Source: Thermoplasmatota archaeon (lineage in GTDB: Archaea > Thermoplasmatota > Penumbrarchaeia > Penumbrarchaeales > Penumbrarchaeaceae). From it: a stretch of DNA of 60,098 nucleotides. This document shows positions 10,049-21,404 of this stretch, piece by piece (the first letter of the stretch is position 1; each line of letters starts with the position of its first letter). The position numbers were made by a program, and so were the translations under genes. The notes below the pieces were generated by a model. The model ran no database searches and was not told the DNA's origin. It worked only from the letters and a program-made list of their open reading frames with translations. Location: positions 1-60,098 of the forward strand of contig JARVGK010000019.1 of the NCBI GenBank assembly GCA_029762535.1. The letters are read 5' to 3'.

Positions 10049-11500
10049 ATGGATGAATTACTCAAAGGGCTCGAGCCCTCTCTGGTATGGAAGCATTTCG
10101 ACGAACTGAGGAAGATCCCCCGCTGCTCCAAGAACGAAGGGGCGGCCATCGACTACGTCGTGTCCGTGGCCGAGAGGCTGGGGCTCAAGTGGAAGAAGGA
10201 CGTGGTCGGCAATCTGGTCGTGAGTAAGCCGGCCACCAAAGGCCATGAGGGAGCCCCCGGCGTGGTGCTACAGGGACATGTGGACATGGTATGCGAGAAG
10301 AACAAGGATACCAAATTCGATTTCGAAAAGGACGCGATCCAGCTAAGGAGGGAGGGAGAGTACCTCTACGCCCGGGGCACTACCCTTGGCGCGGACAACG
10401 GCATTGGCGTATGCGCGGCGCTGGCCGTACTCGAGGACGATAAATTGGTTCACAGCCCGCTGGAGGCATTGTTCACAATAGACGAGGAGACGGGTCTCAC
10501 CGGCGCCTTTCAGCTGGACGAACACATGCTCGAGGGCAGGCTGCTCATCAACCTGGATACGGAAGAGGAATACGCCCTCTACGTCGGATGCGCGGGAGGG
10601 GGCGATTCCAAGATAAGAATGCCCGTCCTTTGGACCACTCCGGAGAATGGCCTCGTTCCTCTTGAGGTACAGATCACAGGCCTGAAGGGAGGACACTCGG
10701 GTGTAGATATTCATCTCGAGAGGGGCAACGCGATAAAGCTCCTTGGAAGGATACTCTGGGAGGCGAGGCAGGAGATCGAGTTCGACATCGCCTCCATATC
10801 GGCAGGGGACAAACATAACGCGATCCCCCGGGAGATAGAGTCCGTCCTAATGGTCCACCCCGACAACACCTCAGAGCTGGACGAACTCTTGAAGGAACTC
10901 TTCGATGTGGTGAAGGCGGAGTACCGCTCTGTGGAGCCAGGCATGGACCTCGTGATCATGGAAGGACCGATGCCCGCACAGGTGATGACTGGAGAGGACA
11001 CCCTGCTCCTGCTGAACTATATTCAGGCCCTTCCCCATGGGATCCTCAGATGGAGCCCCGACATATCCGACCTGGTCGAGACCTCCGTGAACGTCGCCGT
11101 CATCAGGTCGGAGGAGGAGGTGTTCTTCCACCTATCGTCCAGATCCTCATCGGACACCCAGCTGGAATCCGTCAGGGAGAGGATAAGGGCGATCTCCATG
11201 CTCGTCGGAGCTGAGGTCGAGGAGGTCCCGGCATATCCAGGATGGCTCCCTGACCTGGGCTCTAGGACCCTCGCGGTCATGAAGGAATCCGCCATTGAGC
11301 TGTGGGGAAAGGAGCCTGAGATAAAAGCGATACACGCGGGATTGGAGACGGGAATAATTGGTAAGAAGTTCCCCGGGATGGACATGGTATCCATAGGCCC
11401 TCAGATAGAATATCCCCATTCCCCCGACGAGAGGGTGAAGATCGATTCGGTACGGGAGTTCTACGAACTGCTCGCTTTAGGGTTGAGGAAGCTGGCATGA
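10049..11500 (+). CDS. pepD: Aminoacyl-histidine dipeptidase (M20C)
   Basis: LQGHVDMV, TLGADNGIG, DEETGL, GGHSG, IHAGLE, HSPDE. Confidence 0.93.
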   Translation: MDELLKGLEPSLVWKHFDELRKIPRCSKNEGAAIDYVVSVAERLGLKWKKDVVGNLVVSKPATKGHEGAPGVVLQGHVDMVCEKNKDTKFDFEKDAIQLRREGEYLYARGTTLGADNGIGVCAALAVLEDDKLVHSPLEALFTIDEETGLTGAFQLDEHMLEGRLLINLDTEEEYALYVGCAGGGDSKIRMPVLWTTPENGLVPLEVQITGLKGGHSGVDIHLERGNAIKLLGRILWEARQEIEFDIASISAGDKHNAIPREIESVLMVHPDNTSELDELLKELFDVVKAEYRSVEPGMDLVIMEGPMPAQVMTGEDTLLLLNYIQALPHGILRWSPDISDLVETSVNVAVIRSEEEVFFHLSSRSSSDTQLESVRERIRAISMLVGAEVEEVPAYPGWLPDLGSRTLAVMKESAIELWGKEPEIKAIHAGLETGIIGKKFPGMDMVSIGPQIEYPHSPDERVKIDSVREFYELLALGLRKLA

Positions 11501-11562
11501 TGTCAGCATATAGGAATGTGTAGAGCAATGTTTTATAATGTGATATGGAATGAGGTCATTGA

Positions 11563-12177
11563 ATGACTCCCTTCGTCGTTGTTGAAGGTATAGACGGGAG
11601 CGGCAAAGGAACACAGGCGAACCTTCTTCTTGAGAGGCTCAAGGAGCTTGGCAGGGATGCTGTACTTACCAGGGAGCCCACCAACGGGGCCGTCGGCAAG
11701 CTCATACGCGAGCACATGCAGAACCCTTTTCTGGATGACAAGTCCCTGGCCCTGCTCTTCGCGGCCGATCGGATAGAACACATAGAGAAGGAGGTGATCC
11801 CCAACCTCGAGAAGGGGAGGGTCGTCATATCCGACAGGTACGTCTATTCTTCGATCGCCTATCAGGGTCAGACCCTGGACCCGGATTGGGTGGCCTCGAT
11901 AAACGACCATGCTCTGAGACCGGATGCCGTCGTCCTCATCGACATGGACCCCCAGGTGTCATTGAAAAGGGTCCAGGAACGGGACGAGAGCATGGAGTAC
12001 TTCGAGATGGATATGCGCTTCCAGGAGGGGGTCAGAAAGACGTTCCAGTCCCTTTCCAAGGGCCATCACCTGCCCGAGTCCCTCAAGACCGATTTCATCG
12101 TGGTTAGGGGGGAAGGGATAAGGAAAGAGGTATTCGAGAGGATATGGGATAAGCTCGAGAGGCACGTGATGGGATGA
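11563..12177 (+). CDS. tmk: Thymidylate kinase
   Basis: EGIDGSGKGTQ, TREP, LFAADR, DRY..SS.AYQG. Confidence 0.95.
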   Translation: MTPFVVVEGIDGSGKGTQANLLLERLKELGRDAVLTREPTNGAVGKLIREHMQNPFLDDKSLALLFAADRIEHIEKEVIPNLEKGRVVISDRYVYSSIAYQGQTLDPDWVASINDHALRPDAVVLIDMDPQVSLKRVQERDESMEYFEMDMRFQEGVRKTFQSLSKGHHLPESLKTDFIVVRGEGIRKEVFERIWDKLERHVMG

Positions 12178-13566
12178 TCATGGGGCCCATCTGAACCTGG
12201 CCGTGAAATGCCTGAGGACGGGCGGCTCATGGACCAGCTCGAAGCCCTTGATCTCATCTCTCATACTCCATACCTTTTTTACAGCCTCGACGACATAGTC
12301 CATGTGCCTGAACGTGTAAACCCTTCTAGGTATGGTCAGACGTACCAGCTCCAGCTTGGCGGGCCGGTTCTGTCCCGTCTTCGGATCCCTGCCGTTGAGG
12401 AGGGTTCCGATCTCGACCCCTCTGACCCCGGATCCAAGGTAGAGATGGGCGCAGAATGCCATGCCCGGGAACCTGTCCGGAGGTATATTTGGCAGGAACC
12501 TCTTCATGTCCAGATATACAGCATGGCCTCCTGGGGGCCACAGGACGGGCATCCCTGCCTCCTTCAATCTCTCGGCGAGGTACCTGACCTGTCCGATACG
12601 ATAGGCGAGGTATGATTCTTCGATCCCCTCGTACATTCCAACGGCCATTGCCTCCAGGTCCCTCCCCGCCAAACCCCCGTAGGTGACGAAACCCTCGAAG
12701 AGGATCCCGTAGTTCTTGATCTTGTCGTATATGTCCGGATCCCTCGTCGCCACGAATCCGCCAATGTTCACTATCGCGTCCTTCTTGGCGGACATCGTCA
12801 TGATGTCGAAGCAGTCCGCCTCCATCCTGGTGATATCTTTTATCGTGTGGCATTCCATTCTCTTCTCCCGCGTCTTGATAAAGTAGCAGTTCTCGGCATA
12901 CCTCGCCCCGTCCATGCATACGCGGATCCCGTAACTGTCCGAGAGCCTTTTTACGGCTCTCATGTTCTCCAAGGAGACCGGCTGCCCCCCTCCGGAGTTG
13001 CATGTCGCCGTGACCACTGTGAATGGGACCCTATCCTTGCCGAACTCCTTGTAGACCGCCTCCAGTTTCTTGAGGTCGAGATCCCCTTTGAAAGGATGGT
13101 CAATGTAAGGGTCCGCGGCCTCGTCTATGGTGCAGTCCACGGCCGTGGCGCCCTTGTGCTCTATATGGGCCTTGGTGGTATCGAAATGGGTGTTTCCCGG
13201 GATCACATCGCCGTCCTTTATGAGGGCCGTATGGAGGACGTTCTCAGCTCCTCGGCCCTGATGGCAGGGCAGAACATGTTCGAAGCCGAGGATATCCTTG
13301 ACAGCGTCCTTGAGGTGGTAGAAGTTCCTGGAACCGGCGTAGGTCTCGTCGCCCATCATGAGACCCGCCCACTGGCGATCGGACATGGCCCCGGTGCCGG
13401 AATCGGTCAGGAGATCGATGTATATGTCCTCGCCCTTTATGAGGAACACGTTCAATCCCGCCTCTTCAAGCCTCCTCTCCCTCAGCTCCCTGGAGGGGAT
13501 CCGTATCGGCTCCACCATCTTGATCCGGAATGGCTCAGCTTCCACTTCGATCTCATTAGAAGACAT
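12178..13566 (-). CDS. tnaA: Tryptophanase (beta-eliminating lyase)
   Basis: EPFRIK.VE, DLLTDSGT, MSAKKD PLP lysine; LRHFTARF (His, as in TnaA rather than Phe as in TPL). Confidence 0.88.
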   Translation of the reverse strand: MSSNEIEVEAEPFRIKMVEPIRIPSRELRERRLEEAGLNVFLIKGEDIYIDLLTDSGTGAMSDRQWAGLMMGDETYAGSRNFYHLKDAVKDILGFEHVLPCHQGRGAENVLHTALIKDGDVIPGNTHFDTTKAHIEHKGATAVDCTIDEAADPYIDHPFKGDLDLKKLEAVYKEFGKDRVPFTVVTATCNSGGGQPVSLENMRAVKRLSDSYGIRVCMDGARYAENCYFIKTREKRMECHTIKDITRMEADCFDIMTMSAKKDAIVNIGGFVATRDPDIYDKIKNYGILFEGFVTYGGLAGRDLEAMAVGMYEGIEESYLAYRIGQVRYLAERLKEAGMPVLWPPGGHAVYLDMKRFLPNIPPDRFPGMAFCAHLYLGSGVRGVEIGTLLNGRDPKTGQNRPAKLELVRLTIPRRVYTFRHMDYVVEAVKKVWSMRDEIKGFELVHEPPVLRHFTARFRWAP

Positions 13567-13733
13567 GTTTAAGGTTAAGGCTCCATTGCTTAAATGCCTT
13601 ATCGGGAGGCGGGCTTTGAAGAATGGGTCATTTCCTAATTCGGCGACGCGGTGTATCTCGATGTGGCCTTAAAGACGATCGGCCCCGCTCTCATTTGTTC
13701 GATCCAGACAGCTCACATCGAAGAGGAACGACA

Positions 13734-14984
13734 TTACACGCCGTTGCCGATGCTGCGTTCTTCGTCAGGTGTCATTTCGAGCTCCTCCCTGATCACATCC
13801 GCGAGCCTCTTGACGCCCTCTCTGAGCTCCTCGTCCTTGCAGTAGGAGAAGTTCAGCCTCATCGAATTGTACTGGCTACCGTCCGGATAGAATGCGTCCC
13901 CCACCACGTATGCGACCTTCTTCTCGAGGGCCTTCTGAAGCATCAACCTCGTGTTCACGCTTCTTGGGAGCGTCACCCACAGGAACAGCCCTCCCGTCGG
14001 TGTCGTCCACTTGATCCCCGGCGGGAAATGCTCCTTGATGGCATTGAGCATGATGTCGCGCTTCCTTCCGTACATCTCCCGGATCTTGAGTATCTGCTGG
14101 TCAAGATATCCCTGGGACATGTACTCATAGGCCACGTACTGTCCGAACACGTTAGTGCATAGGTCCATGGCCTGCTTCGTGAGTATGAACTTGTTCAGTA
14201 TGTCCCTTGAGGCGATGGTCCACCCGAGCCTGAAGCCGGGAGCGAGGATCTTGGAGAACGTCCCCAGATAAATTACCCGTCCCTTTCTGTCCAGCGACTT
14301 GATCGTTGGGACCGGATCTCCTTCGAAGAGTAGCTCGCCGTACGGATCGTCCTCGACAATGAGCAGATCGTACTCGGATGCAACCTCCAGAAGAGCCTTC
14401 CGGTTATCCAGGGGCATTGTCTCTCCGGACGGGTTCTGGAAGGTGGGGACGACGTAGATGAACTTGGGATATACCCCCGTCTTTGTCATCCTGTTTATGT
14501 TCCTCCTCAGGGCATCGATGTCGAAGTTCTCATCGATCATCGGGATCGCCTCGCAGTTGGCCCCGAACGCGTGGAATGCCTGTATCGCCCCCAGATAGGT
14601 GGGTGCGGTGGAGATGTAGGTGTCTCCCGGGTCGATGAAGTTGAAGGCTATGAAGGAAAGTCCCTGCTGGGCACCGTTTATTACCAGGACATCGTGCATC
14701 TCGCAGTCTATGCCTTTCTTCTCCCTCATCCTCTTGGCGATCTCGCTTCTGAGTGCGGGGAGGCCCTCCGTGGTCCCGTACTGCAGTGCGCTCAGGGCAT
14801 GCTCCGTGAGCACCCTGTCAACGCACTGTCTGATGATCTCGACGGGAAAGGCATCCGGGTTGGGGAGGCCTCCGGCCATGGAGATGACCCCCGGTGCCTG
14901 TGTCAATTTCAGGATCTCCCTGATCTCCGAAGCCTTCATCCTCGTAGCCTTGCTTGAAAACAACCTCTCTAGATTGACCACCAT
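13734..14984 (-). CDS. PLP-dependent aminotransferase class I/II (ARO8/LysN-like)
   Basis: SMAGGLP, LQYG.TEG, FQNPSG, EDDPYGEL, TFSKILAPG.RLGW. Confidence 0.9.
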   Translation of the reverse strand: MVVNLERLFSSKATRMKASEIREILKLTQAPGVISMAGGLPNPDAFPVEIIRQCVDRVLTEHALSALQYGTTEGLPALRSEIAKRMREKKGIDCEMHDVLVINGAQQGLSFIAFNFIDPGDTYISTAPTYLGAIQAFHAFGANCEAIPMIDENFDIDALRRNINRMTKTGVYPKFIYVVPTFQNPSGETMPLDNRKALLEVASEYDLLIVEDDPYGELLFEGDPVPTIKSLDRKGRVIYLGTFSKILAPGFRLGWTIASRDILNKFILTKQAMDLCTNVFGQYVAYEYMSQGYLDQQILKIREMYGRKRDIMLNAIKEHFPPGIKWTTPTGGLFLWVTLPRSVNTRLMLQKALEKKVAYVVGDAFYPDGSQYNSMRLNFSYCKDEELREGVKRLADVIREELEMTPDEERSIGNGV

Positions 14985-15017
14985 GGGGACACCGCATCCT
15001 CTAGGAGGCGTTCATTA

Positions 15018-17663
15018 TTAAATGTTAGGGTCGCCCTCTTCGATCGTCGGCGGTGCCTCTCCGATCCGGAAGGTCAGTTCATCCTTCAATACATCAACGG
15101 TCACGGAGGCCCCTTCGATCATCCCGCCGCTGACGAGCTCGTATGCGAGCCTGGATTCAATGTACTTCTGTATGGTCCTCTTCAGTGTCCTCGCACCGTA
15201 AACGGGATCGAACCCTCTTCGGGCTATGCTTCTCCTTGCCGCTTCCGTCAGGCGCACGGTTATCCTCCTCTCCGACAGCCTCCTGTTCAGATCGGCGATC
15301 TGGAGGTCCACTATGCGCTCTATCTGCTCGAAGAGCAGCGGCTTGAACATGATGAGGTCGTCAACTCTGTTGAGGAATTCAGGCCTGAAAGCGCTCTTCA
15401 ACGCATCCATGACCTGCTTCTCCACGTCCGGGCGGAGATCGCCCTTGTCATCGATCCCCTCTGAGATGAAGGCCGAGCCAAGGTTCGAGGTCATGATAAG
15501 GACGGTGTTCCTGAGATCGACGGTCCTGCCATGGCTGTCCGTCACGCGCCCGTCGTCCAGTATCTGCAGTAGTATATTGAAGACCTCCGGGTGCGCCTTC
15601 TCGATCTCGTCGAAGAGTATGACGGAGTAGGGCTTCCTTCTCACTGCCTCCGTCAACTGCCCTCCCTCCTCATAGCCTACGTATCCCGGAGGGGCCCCGA
15701 TCAACCTGGATGTGGAGAACCTCTCCATGTATTCGGACATGTCGATGCGTACCAGATTGTCCTCGGTATCGAACAGAGCTTCGGCGAGGGCCTTTGCGAG
15801 CTCGGTCTTGCCCACTCCAGTGGGCCCCAGGAATATGAAAGAGCCGATGGGCCTCCTGGGGTCCTTGATGCCCGCCCTGGCTCTCAGGATGGCCTGTGAA
15901 ACGAGTTCAACTGCCTTATCCTGGCCCACGACCCTTCTGTGTAGCGTCTCGTCAAGCTTAAGGAGTTTCTCCCTCTCTCCCTCGAGCAGTTTAGTGACCG
16001 GTATCCCCGTCCACTTCGATACGATATCGGAGATCTCCTCGGAGGTCACGACCTCCCGAAGCATGCCTCCATCACCCTGCTTCTTTCGAAGATCCTCCTC
16101 GAGCGTCCTGATCTCTTTTTCAAGTACAGGGATCCTTCCGTGCTTGAGCTCCGCGGCCTTGTTGAGATCGTATCCCATCTCGGCGTCCTCGTACTCTTTC
16201 TTCAGCGCCTCTAATTCCTTCCTTTTTCCGTTGAGCTTTGTTATCAAGGCCTTTTCCGAATCCCACCTTGCCGAAAGCTCGTCCGTCAGTGCCCTGAGCT
16301 CGGACGCCTCCTTTCTGAGGTCCTTGAGGCGGGCCTTGGATCCCCGGTCCTTTTCCTTTTTGAGGGCCGCCTCCTCGATCTCGAGCCTCGTCAGCCTCCT
16401 TACCAGGTTGTCCAGCTCCTCAGGCCTGGAATCGATCTCCGTCCTGAGCATCGCGCATGCCTCGTCGAGTAGGTCTATCGCCTTGTCAGGCAGATACCTG
16501 TCGGTGATGTATCGGTCCGAGAGCATCGCCGCGGATACCAGCGCGTTATCCAGAATGCTCACCCCGTGATGCACCTCGAACCTCTCCTTCAGACCGCGAA
16601 GAATGGATATGGTATCCTCCACCCCCGGCTCCTCAACTAGTATGGGCTGGAACCTTCTTTCTAATGCGGCGTCCTTTTCCAGATGCTTCCTGTACTCATC
16701 GATCGTGGTCGCACCAATACAGTGAAGCTCTCCCCTTGCGAGCATGGGTTTCAGCATGTTCCCGGCGTCCATGGATCCCTCGGCCTTGCCCGCGCCGACT
16801 ATGGTGTGCAGCTCGTCTATGAAAAGTAATATGCGCCCTTCGCTGTCCCTGATCTCCTTGAGGACGGCCTTGAGCCGCTCCTCGAACTCCCCCCTGAACT
16901 TCGCCCCGGCGATCAGCGAACCCATGTCGAGAGCGAAGATGGTCCGGTCCCTGAGCGTTTCGGGCACATCCCCCTTGACGATCCTCTGTGCCAATCCCTC
17001 GACTATGGCCGTCTTTCCGACCCCGGGATCCCCTATCAATACCGGATTGTTCTTGGTCTTCCTCGAGAGGATGCGGACCACTCTTCTTATCTCATCATCC
17101 CTGCCGATTATGGGGTCGCTCCTTCCCAACTGGGCATCCTTGACCATGTCCCTGCCGAAGCGCTCCAGGGCGTTGTACTGGGTCTCGGGATTCTCGCTCT
17201 CCACCCTCTTTCTGCCCCTGATATCCGCTAGGGCTTCCAGCGTCCTTTCCCGGGACAACCCCGCCTCCATGAGCATGGTCCCGGCCGCCGTCCTCTTGCC
17301 CTCGGAGATCAGGGCCAGAAGGACATGCTCCACGGAGACGAAGGAATCCTTCATACCCTTCGCCTCCTCCCTCGCCTCCGCCAGTAGCCGGATCAGTCTG
17401 TTCGATGCATGCACACTCTCCTCATCGAAACCGCTTCCAGTGACCCTGGGGACCCCCTCCAGGTGATGGGAGATCCTCCTGGTAAGGGAATTGACGTCCA
17501 CGTCCATCTTTTCAAGAAGGGTCGGTATCAAACCACCATCCTGGGATAGCATGGCCATGAGAAGATGCTCTCCGTCTATCTGGGGGTGGCTCTCCCTCAA
17601 CGCCATTATCTGCGCCTCCTGAAGCGCTTCCTGCGTCCTCTGTGTGAACTTGTTCATGTCCAT
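15018..17663 (-). CDS. clpB: ATP-dependent chaperone ClpB
   Basis: Clp N domain, two AAA modules ([16 protein letters not shown]), coiled-coil M domain, [13 protein letters not shown]. Confidence 0.96.
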   Translation of the reverse strand: MDMNKFTQRTQEALQEAQIMALRESHPQIDGEHLLMAMLSQDGGLIPTLLEKMDVDVNSLTRRISHHLEGVPRVTGSGFDEESVHASNRLIRLLAEAREEAKGMKDSFVSVEHVLLALISEGKRTAAGTMLMEAGLSRERTLEALADIRGRKRVESENPETQYNALERFGRDMVKDAQLGRSDPIIGRDDEIRRVVRILSRKTKNNPVLIGDPGVGKTAIVEGLAQRIVKGDVPETLRDRTIFALDMGSLIAGAKFRGEFEERLKAVLKEIRDSEGRILLFIDELHTIVGAGKAEGSMDAGNMLKPMLARGELHCIGATTIDEYRKHLEKDAALERRFQPILVEEPGVEDTISILRGLKERFEVHHGVSILDNALVSAAMLSDRYITDRYLPDKAIDLLDEACAMLRTEIDSRPEELDNLVRRLTRLEIEEAALKKEKDRGSKARLKDLRKEASELRALTDELSARWDSEKALITKLNGKRKELEALKKEYEDAEMGYDLNKAAELKHGRIPVLEKEIRTLEEDLRKKQGDGGMLREVVTSEEISDIVSKWTGIPVTKLLEGEREKLLKLDETLHRRVVGQDKAVELVSQAILRARAGIKDPRRPIGSFIFLGPTGVGKTELAKALAEALFDTEDNLVRIDMSEYMERFSTSRLIGAPPGYVGYEEGGQLTEAVRRKPYSVILFDEIEKAHPEVFNILLQILDDGRVTDSHGRTVDLRNTVLIMTSNLGSAFISEGIDDKGDLRPDVEKQVMDALKSAFRPEFLNRVDDLIMFKPLLFEQIERIVDLQIADLNRRLSERRITVRLTEAARRSIARRGFDPVYGARTLKRTIQKYIESRLAYELVSGGMIEGASVTVDVLKDELTFRIGEAPPTIEEGDPNI

Positions 17664-17685
17664 GCCGACACCTACACCATCTGTT

Positions 17686-17702
17686 TACAACTTGATGTTG
17701 TA
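17686..17702. promoter_or_regulatory. Candidate operator upstream of clpB
   Basis: TACAAC-N5-GTTGTA inverted repeat 23-39 nt upstream of the clpB start. Confidence 0.3.
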
Positions 17703-17799
17703 TAGTAATAATGGGCAGTATTAATATTTTTCCGTTATATCCCTCCAGGGTAGAGGCAATTATTTAGCATCATATCCTCATACCGGATCGTCGGAAACA

Positions 17800-18753
17800 T
17801 TGGTGTGGAGCCCTTTGCGCCTATTCGGATTGTTCGGAAGGAAGAACGGCCTGGTCGGTCATCGTGAGATAAAGAGGATGCACATGCTGCTCGACCTCGA
17901 TGGGCTTCTCTCATCGATCCAGCTAATGGACCCGGAGTACATGCCGCATCTTCTCGATTACATCGAGGATATACTAAGGCGCTACCCTTCGCTCAAGCCA
18001 CCGCAAGAGCAGGATATCGCCAACATCATGGCGATCCCCTTGTCCGGCAACATGATACTGCAGTCAAGATGGCTTTCTTTGTGCATACACCTGATCGAGA
18101 GGGACCGCTTCGATCAAATGCTCAGGGGTGGCATTGCCTCAGCCCTCAACGGTATAATGATCAGGGATCCCGGCGTCCCGGACGTCAGGGTTTTGTACAT
18201 GCTTGCGATCGTCTCCTCGACAGAGGACTGCTCGATCCTATCCAACACCGAGAGCATAGGCAGGTTGATGGACGTCATGGACAAAGGAGACGTGGAGGAG
18301 AAGCGTTTCGTACTGACCATCATGGAGAACATCTCCGCAAGGATCGGCATCGATGTGCTTACGGACATGGGCGGACTCGAGAGGTTCAGGACGCACATCA
18401 TCGATGATGATCCCGAGGTATCGTCAATAGCGAGGTATCTCATGGGGCGCGTGGAAGCGGACCTGGTATCGAGAGAGAGACGTAGGTCAGTCTTGGCCAT
18501 TCAGTCCACGGTCGTTGAAGAGCCCGTGACGGTAGATAGAAAGGCCGAGAAGGGAACCGGTTATTACAGGCCTGAAAGGAAGGTTATTAGGCGTTCAAGA
18601 CCTGCAAGGGCCCAGGATGTAGAGGTAGTGGAGGACCTGTCCCTGCGAAAGAGAAGGCATATGGGAAAGTACGAGAAGGATCTGAAGGCCGCCCTGGACA
18701 GGGAGGCCAACAGTACCTACGATCCCGATGAGGAGTTCGTTATCGAGGAATGA
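17800..18753 (+). CDS. Hypothetical protein (possible HEAT/ARM-like helical region, charged tail)
   Basis: Long ORF divergent from clpB; helical pattern; fold call weak. Confidence 0.65.
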   Translation: MVWSPLRLFGLFGRKNGLVGHREIKRMHMLLDLDGLLSSIQLMDPEYMPHLLDYIEDILRRYPSLKPPQEQDIANIMAIPLSGNMILQSRWLSLCIHLIERDRFDQMLRGGIASALNGIMIRDPGVPDVRVLYMLAIVSSTEDCSILSNTESIGRLMDVMDKGDVEEKRFVLTIMENISARIGIDVLTDMGGLERFRTHIIDDDPEVSSIARYLMGRVEADLVSRERRRSVLAIQSTVVEEPVTVDRKAEKGTGYYRPERKVIRRSRPARAQDVEVVEDLSLRKRRHMGKYEKDLKAALDREANSTYDPDEEFVIEE

Positions 18754-18761
18754 TCCATTTC

Positions 18762-21404
18762 TCAATAGATGCCAGTAACCTCAGGTTCATCGTCGAGAGG
18801 GGATACCTCGTATTCGCCGGAGAGATCGATCTCCCTCTCCTCCTCGGCGTAGATGTCCTCTTCCTCCTCCTCGGCGATGAGTTCGAAGTCCGCTCCGCAC
18901 TCGGGGCACTTGGGGGCATCTCCGGGAAGTGATGCGCCGCATTCGGGACATTCGAAGAGGTCCTCCTCGAATTCCGCACCGCAGCTCGGACAGACGACGT
19001 CCTCGGGACCCACGACCGACTGGCATTCGGGGCACATGAACTCTCCCTCCGCCAGCTCACCGTATCCGTAGCCGCCGTAACCGCCCCTTCTTCCCCTTCC
19101 GTAGTCCTCCACTCCCTCCTCGCGCTTCTTCATGAAGAGATACAGGAGCACACCGACGAAGACGATTATCACGAGGATGATAATGAGGATTATTAGCCAT
19201 GTCCAGGACCCCGGCTCGTCCTTCTTCTCCATCTCAATGATGCCGATGGTCCTTTCGATACCAGCTGTAACGACGACCGTTGTCTCGAACGTCTTGAAGT
19301 CATCTATGGTCACGGTGAGTGTCCAGGTTCCGGGGTCGACATCAGTGAATGTGAAATAGCCGGTCAGGTTCGTCTGGGAAACCTTCTTCTCGGTTCCCTT
19401 GACCAGGGAGATCTCCACCTGGGAGGGGAGGAAAGGCTTGCCGTCCTCATCCACGATCCTTCCGCTGACCGTTCCCGTGGTGACCTGCCTGATCGTCTCG
19501 AAGACGAACGTGTGTCCGCCGAAGAAATAATCATCGTCCGCAGGTTTAATATCGTTCTTGAGCTCGGCGAGGTACCTCGTTCCGAAATCCAGATTCCCGA
19601 GCGGTGTGAAGATGGCGGTCCTGTTCATGGGGTAGTATATGACCGATCCCGTCACGGGGATGGTCTCGTCCCTCAGCAGCCGGAAGGTCGCCGTATTTAT
19701 CGTGGAACCGTCCATGTCGGCGGAGAACACCACCTTGAGCTTGACGGTCACGGGTATGTTCGTCTGGCTGGTCCCGGGAGTTGTTATCACGGTAACCTCG
19801 GTCAGGACCGCCTCGGTCTTGAACTCAGCGTACTGCGGGAACGGGAAGAACGCCCCGTTAACGTCCTTCAGGAAGGTCCCCACCTGTATCCTGTAATTGT
19901 TGTTGTAGGCAAGTTCATCGACAGGGTCGAGATATACCGTCTTGAGGTCCGCCGACATGCTGTATTCCACATCAACGGGAAGGGTTGTCTCGAGGTCCAG
20001 GAGTATGATGTTTTCGAGCGTGGTATTGTCTATGGCCCTAGAGAAACTGACGTAGATGATCTCCCCAACAGGGAAGCCGGGTTCCTGGTCGGGAGGGGAG
20101 AAATCAATGACCTCGAATGGGATGTCCACAAGCTGCAGGTTCAAAGAGTTCCACTGCTGGGCGAACAAGCTGATATCCTGGCTCGCGGGCTCGTATCCTT
20201 GATATGTTGCCGTGACGTTGTATACTCCAACAGCGAGCTCATCGAACTCGTAGTATCCGTCCTGGTCGGTCTCAGTGATGGATGCCGGTCCGCCGATCAA
20301 TGTGGCGGTCACCGTTGCAGCGGATGCAGGAGCGCTGTTGGGGAATGATATGTATCCTCGTAACCCGCCTATGTCAAGGAGGACAAGGGAGACGTTGACA
20401 ACGGTCTTGTTCCCGGCGGTGACGTTGGCGGTCGTCGTGAACGAGCTCGCCCATCTCTTGCTGAACATCAGGGTGTAAGTACCAGGTGCCAGGTCTTCGA
20501 ACATGTAGTTTCCGTCGACATCCGTGAGGGTGTTGTCGATCATTACCGTGGAGATCCACAGCTCGACCTCGACGTCCTGTAAGGGGGTCCCTGCCGCCGT
20601 TACGATCCCCTCGATCGTGGTCGTGTCCTCCACCATGAAGACGGTCTCGATGACGTTGTTCTCCACGTCATGGTCCGGATAGTCGACGGTGAAGGTCGAG
20701 ATGAATGTCCCGCCAACGCTCGGCGTCCACTCGGGGAACGCGACGTTGGAGAACACGTAGGGCGGGTCCCTGGGCGAGCTCCCGCTCTTCTCCATGATCA
20801 CTACCGTCTCGTTGTATATGATGTCCGTCCCCGCTTCGATCATGAGGTTCACTGTGACATCGTCGATCCAAGAGTCGACGTTCCCCTCATATGTCACATC
20901 GCATCTGGGCATTATTGGGGTGTCGATGGGGAAGAGCGCCCCCTGATCCGGATACGCGTTCGATACTGATAGGTCGATCACGTCCTCAACGATGATGTCG
21001 AGATGGTCCTCGAGCAGTGTGGAATCGTATGTGGTGTTCACATCTATCCTGAAGTTGCCCTCCGGGAAGCTGACGACGCCCATCTCCACATCGACGAGTG
21101 CCATAGGGTCCAGGGATATCCATGAGGATTCGTTCCTCTCGTCGAGGAGAGTTCCGTTGTAATACATTATCGTCATGAATATCGTGAACTCCTGGAACAG
21201 GAATTCGTCACCTATGTTCGTTATCCTCACCTTGATACCGTGGTCCCCGACCGTATACTGTCCACCAGGGGCTATGAACCCGTCCATCATGATCTGGGTC
21301 AGTTCTGCCTCGGGCCCCCTGGTGGGTTCTGCCCACAGCCCGCCGGGGATCAAGGTCACCAGGACCAGCATTGCAAGGACTATTGCTCCGTAATACCTTT
21401 TCAT
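18762..21404 (-). CDS. Surface protein: carboxypeptidase-regulatory-like and Ig-like (Big_5) domains, TM, cytoplasmic zinc ribbons
   Basis: Signal peptide, TD.DG.Y.F..L..G.Y repeats, V.FS..D..T Ig motifs, TM, four CPxC motifs, acidic tail. Confidence 0.85.
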   Translation of the reverse strand: MKRYYGAIVLAMLVLVTLIPGGLWAEPTRGPEAELTQIMMDGFIAPGGQYTVGDHGIKVRITNIGDEFLFQEFTIFMTIMYYNGTLLDERNESSWISLDPMALVDVEMGVVSFPEGNFRIDVNTTYDSTLLEDHLDIIVEDVIDLSVSNAYPDQGALFPIDTPIMPRCDVTYEGNVDSWIDDVTVNLMIEAGTDIIYNETVVIMEKSGSSPRDPPYVFSNVAFPEWTPSVGGTFISTFTVDYPDHDVENNVIETVFMVEDTTTIEGIVTAAGTPLQDVEVELWISTVMIDNTLTDVDGNYMFEDLAPGTYTLMFSKRWASSFTTTANVTAGNKTVVNVSLVLLDIGGLRGYISFPNSAPASAATVTATLIGGPASITETDQDGYYEFDELAVGVYNVTATYQGYEPASQDISLFAQQWNSLNLQLVDIPFEVIDFSPPDQEPGFPVGEIIYVSFSRAIDNTTLENIILLDLETTLPVDVEYSMSADLKTVYLDPVDELAYNNNYRIQVGTFLKDVNGAFFPFPQYAEFKTEAVLTEVTVITTPGTSQTNIPVTVKLKVVFSADMDGSTINTATFRLLRDETIPVTGSVIYYPMNRTAIFTPLGNLDFGTRYLAELKNDIKPADDDYFFGGHTFVFETIRQVTTGTVSGRIVDEDGKPFLPSQVEISLVKGTEKKVSQTNLTGYFTFTDVDPGTWTLTVTIDDFKTFETTVVVTAGIERTIGIIEMEKKDEPGSWTWLIILIIILVIIVFVGVLLYLFMKKREEGVEDYGRGRRGGYGGYGYGELAEGEFMCPECQSVVGPEDVVCPSCGAEFEEDLFECPECGASLPGDAPKCPECGADFELIAEEEEEDIYAEEEREIDLSGEYEVSPLDDEPEVTGIY

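Noticed and set aside
13567-13733. tnaC-like Trp leader peptide upstream of tnaA
   Set aside because: The short minus-strand ORF I translated has no Trp codon
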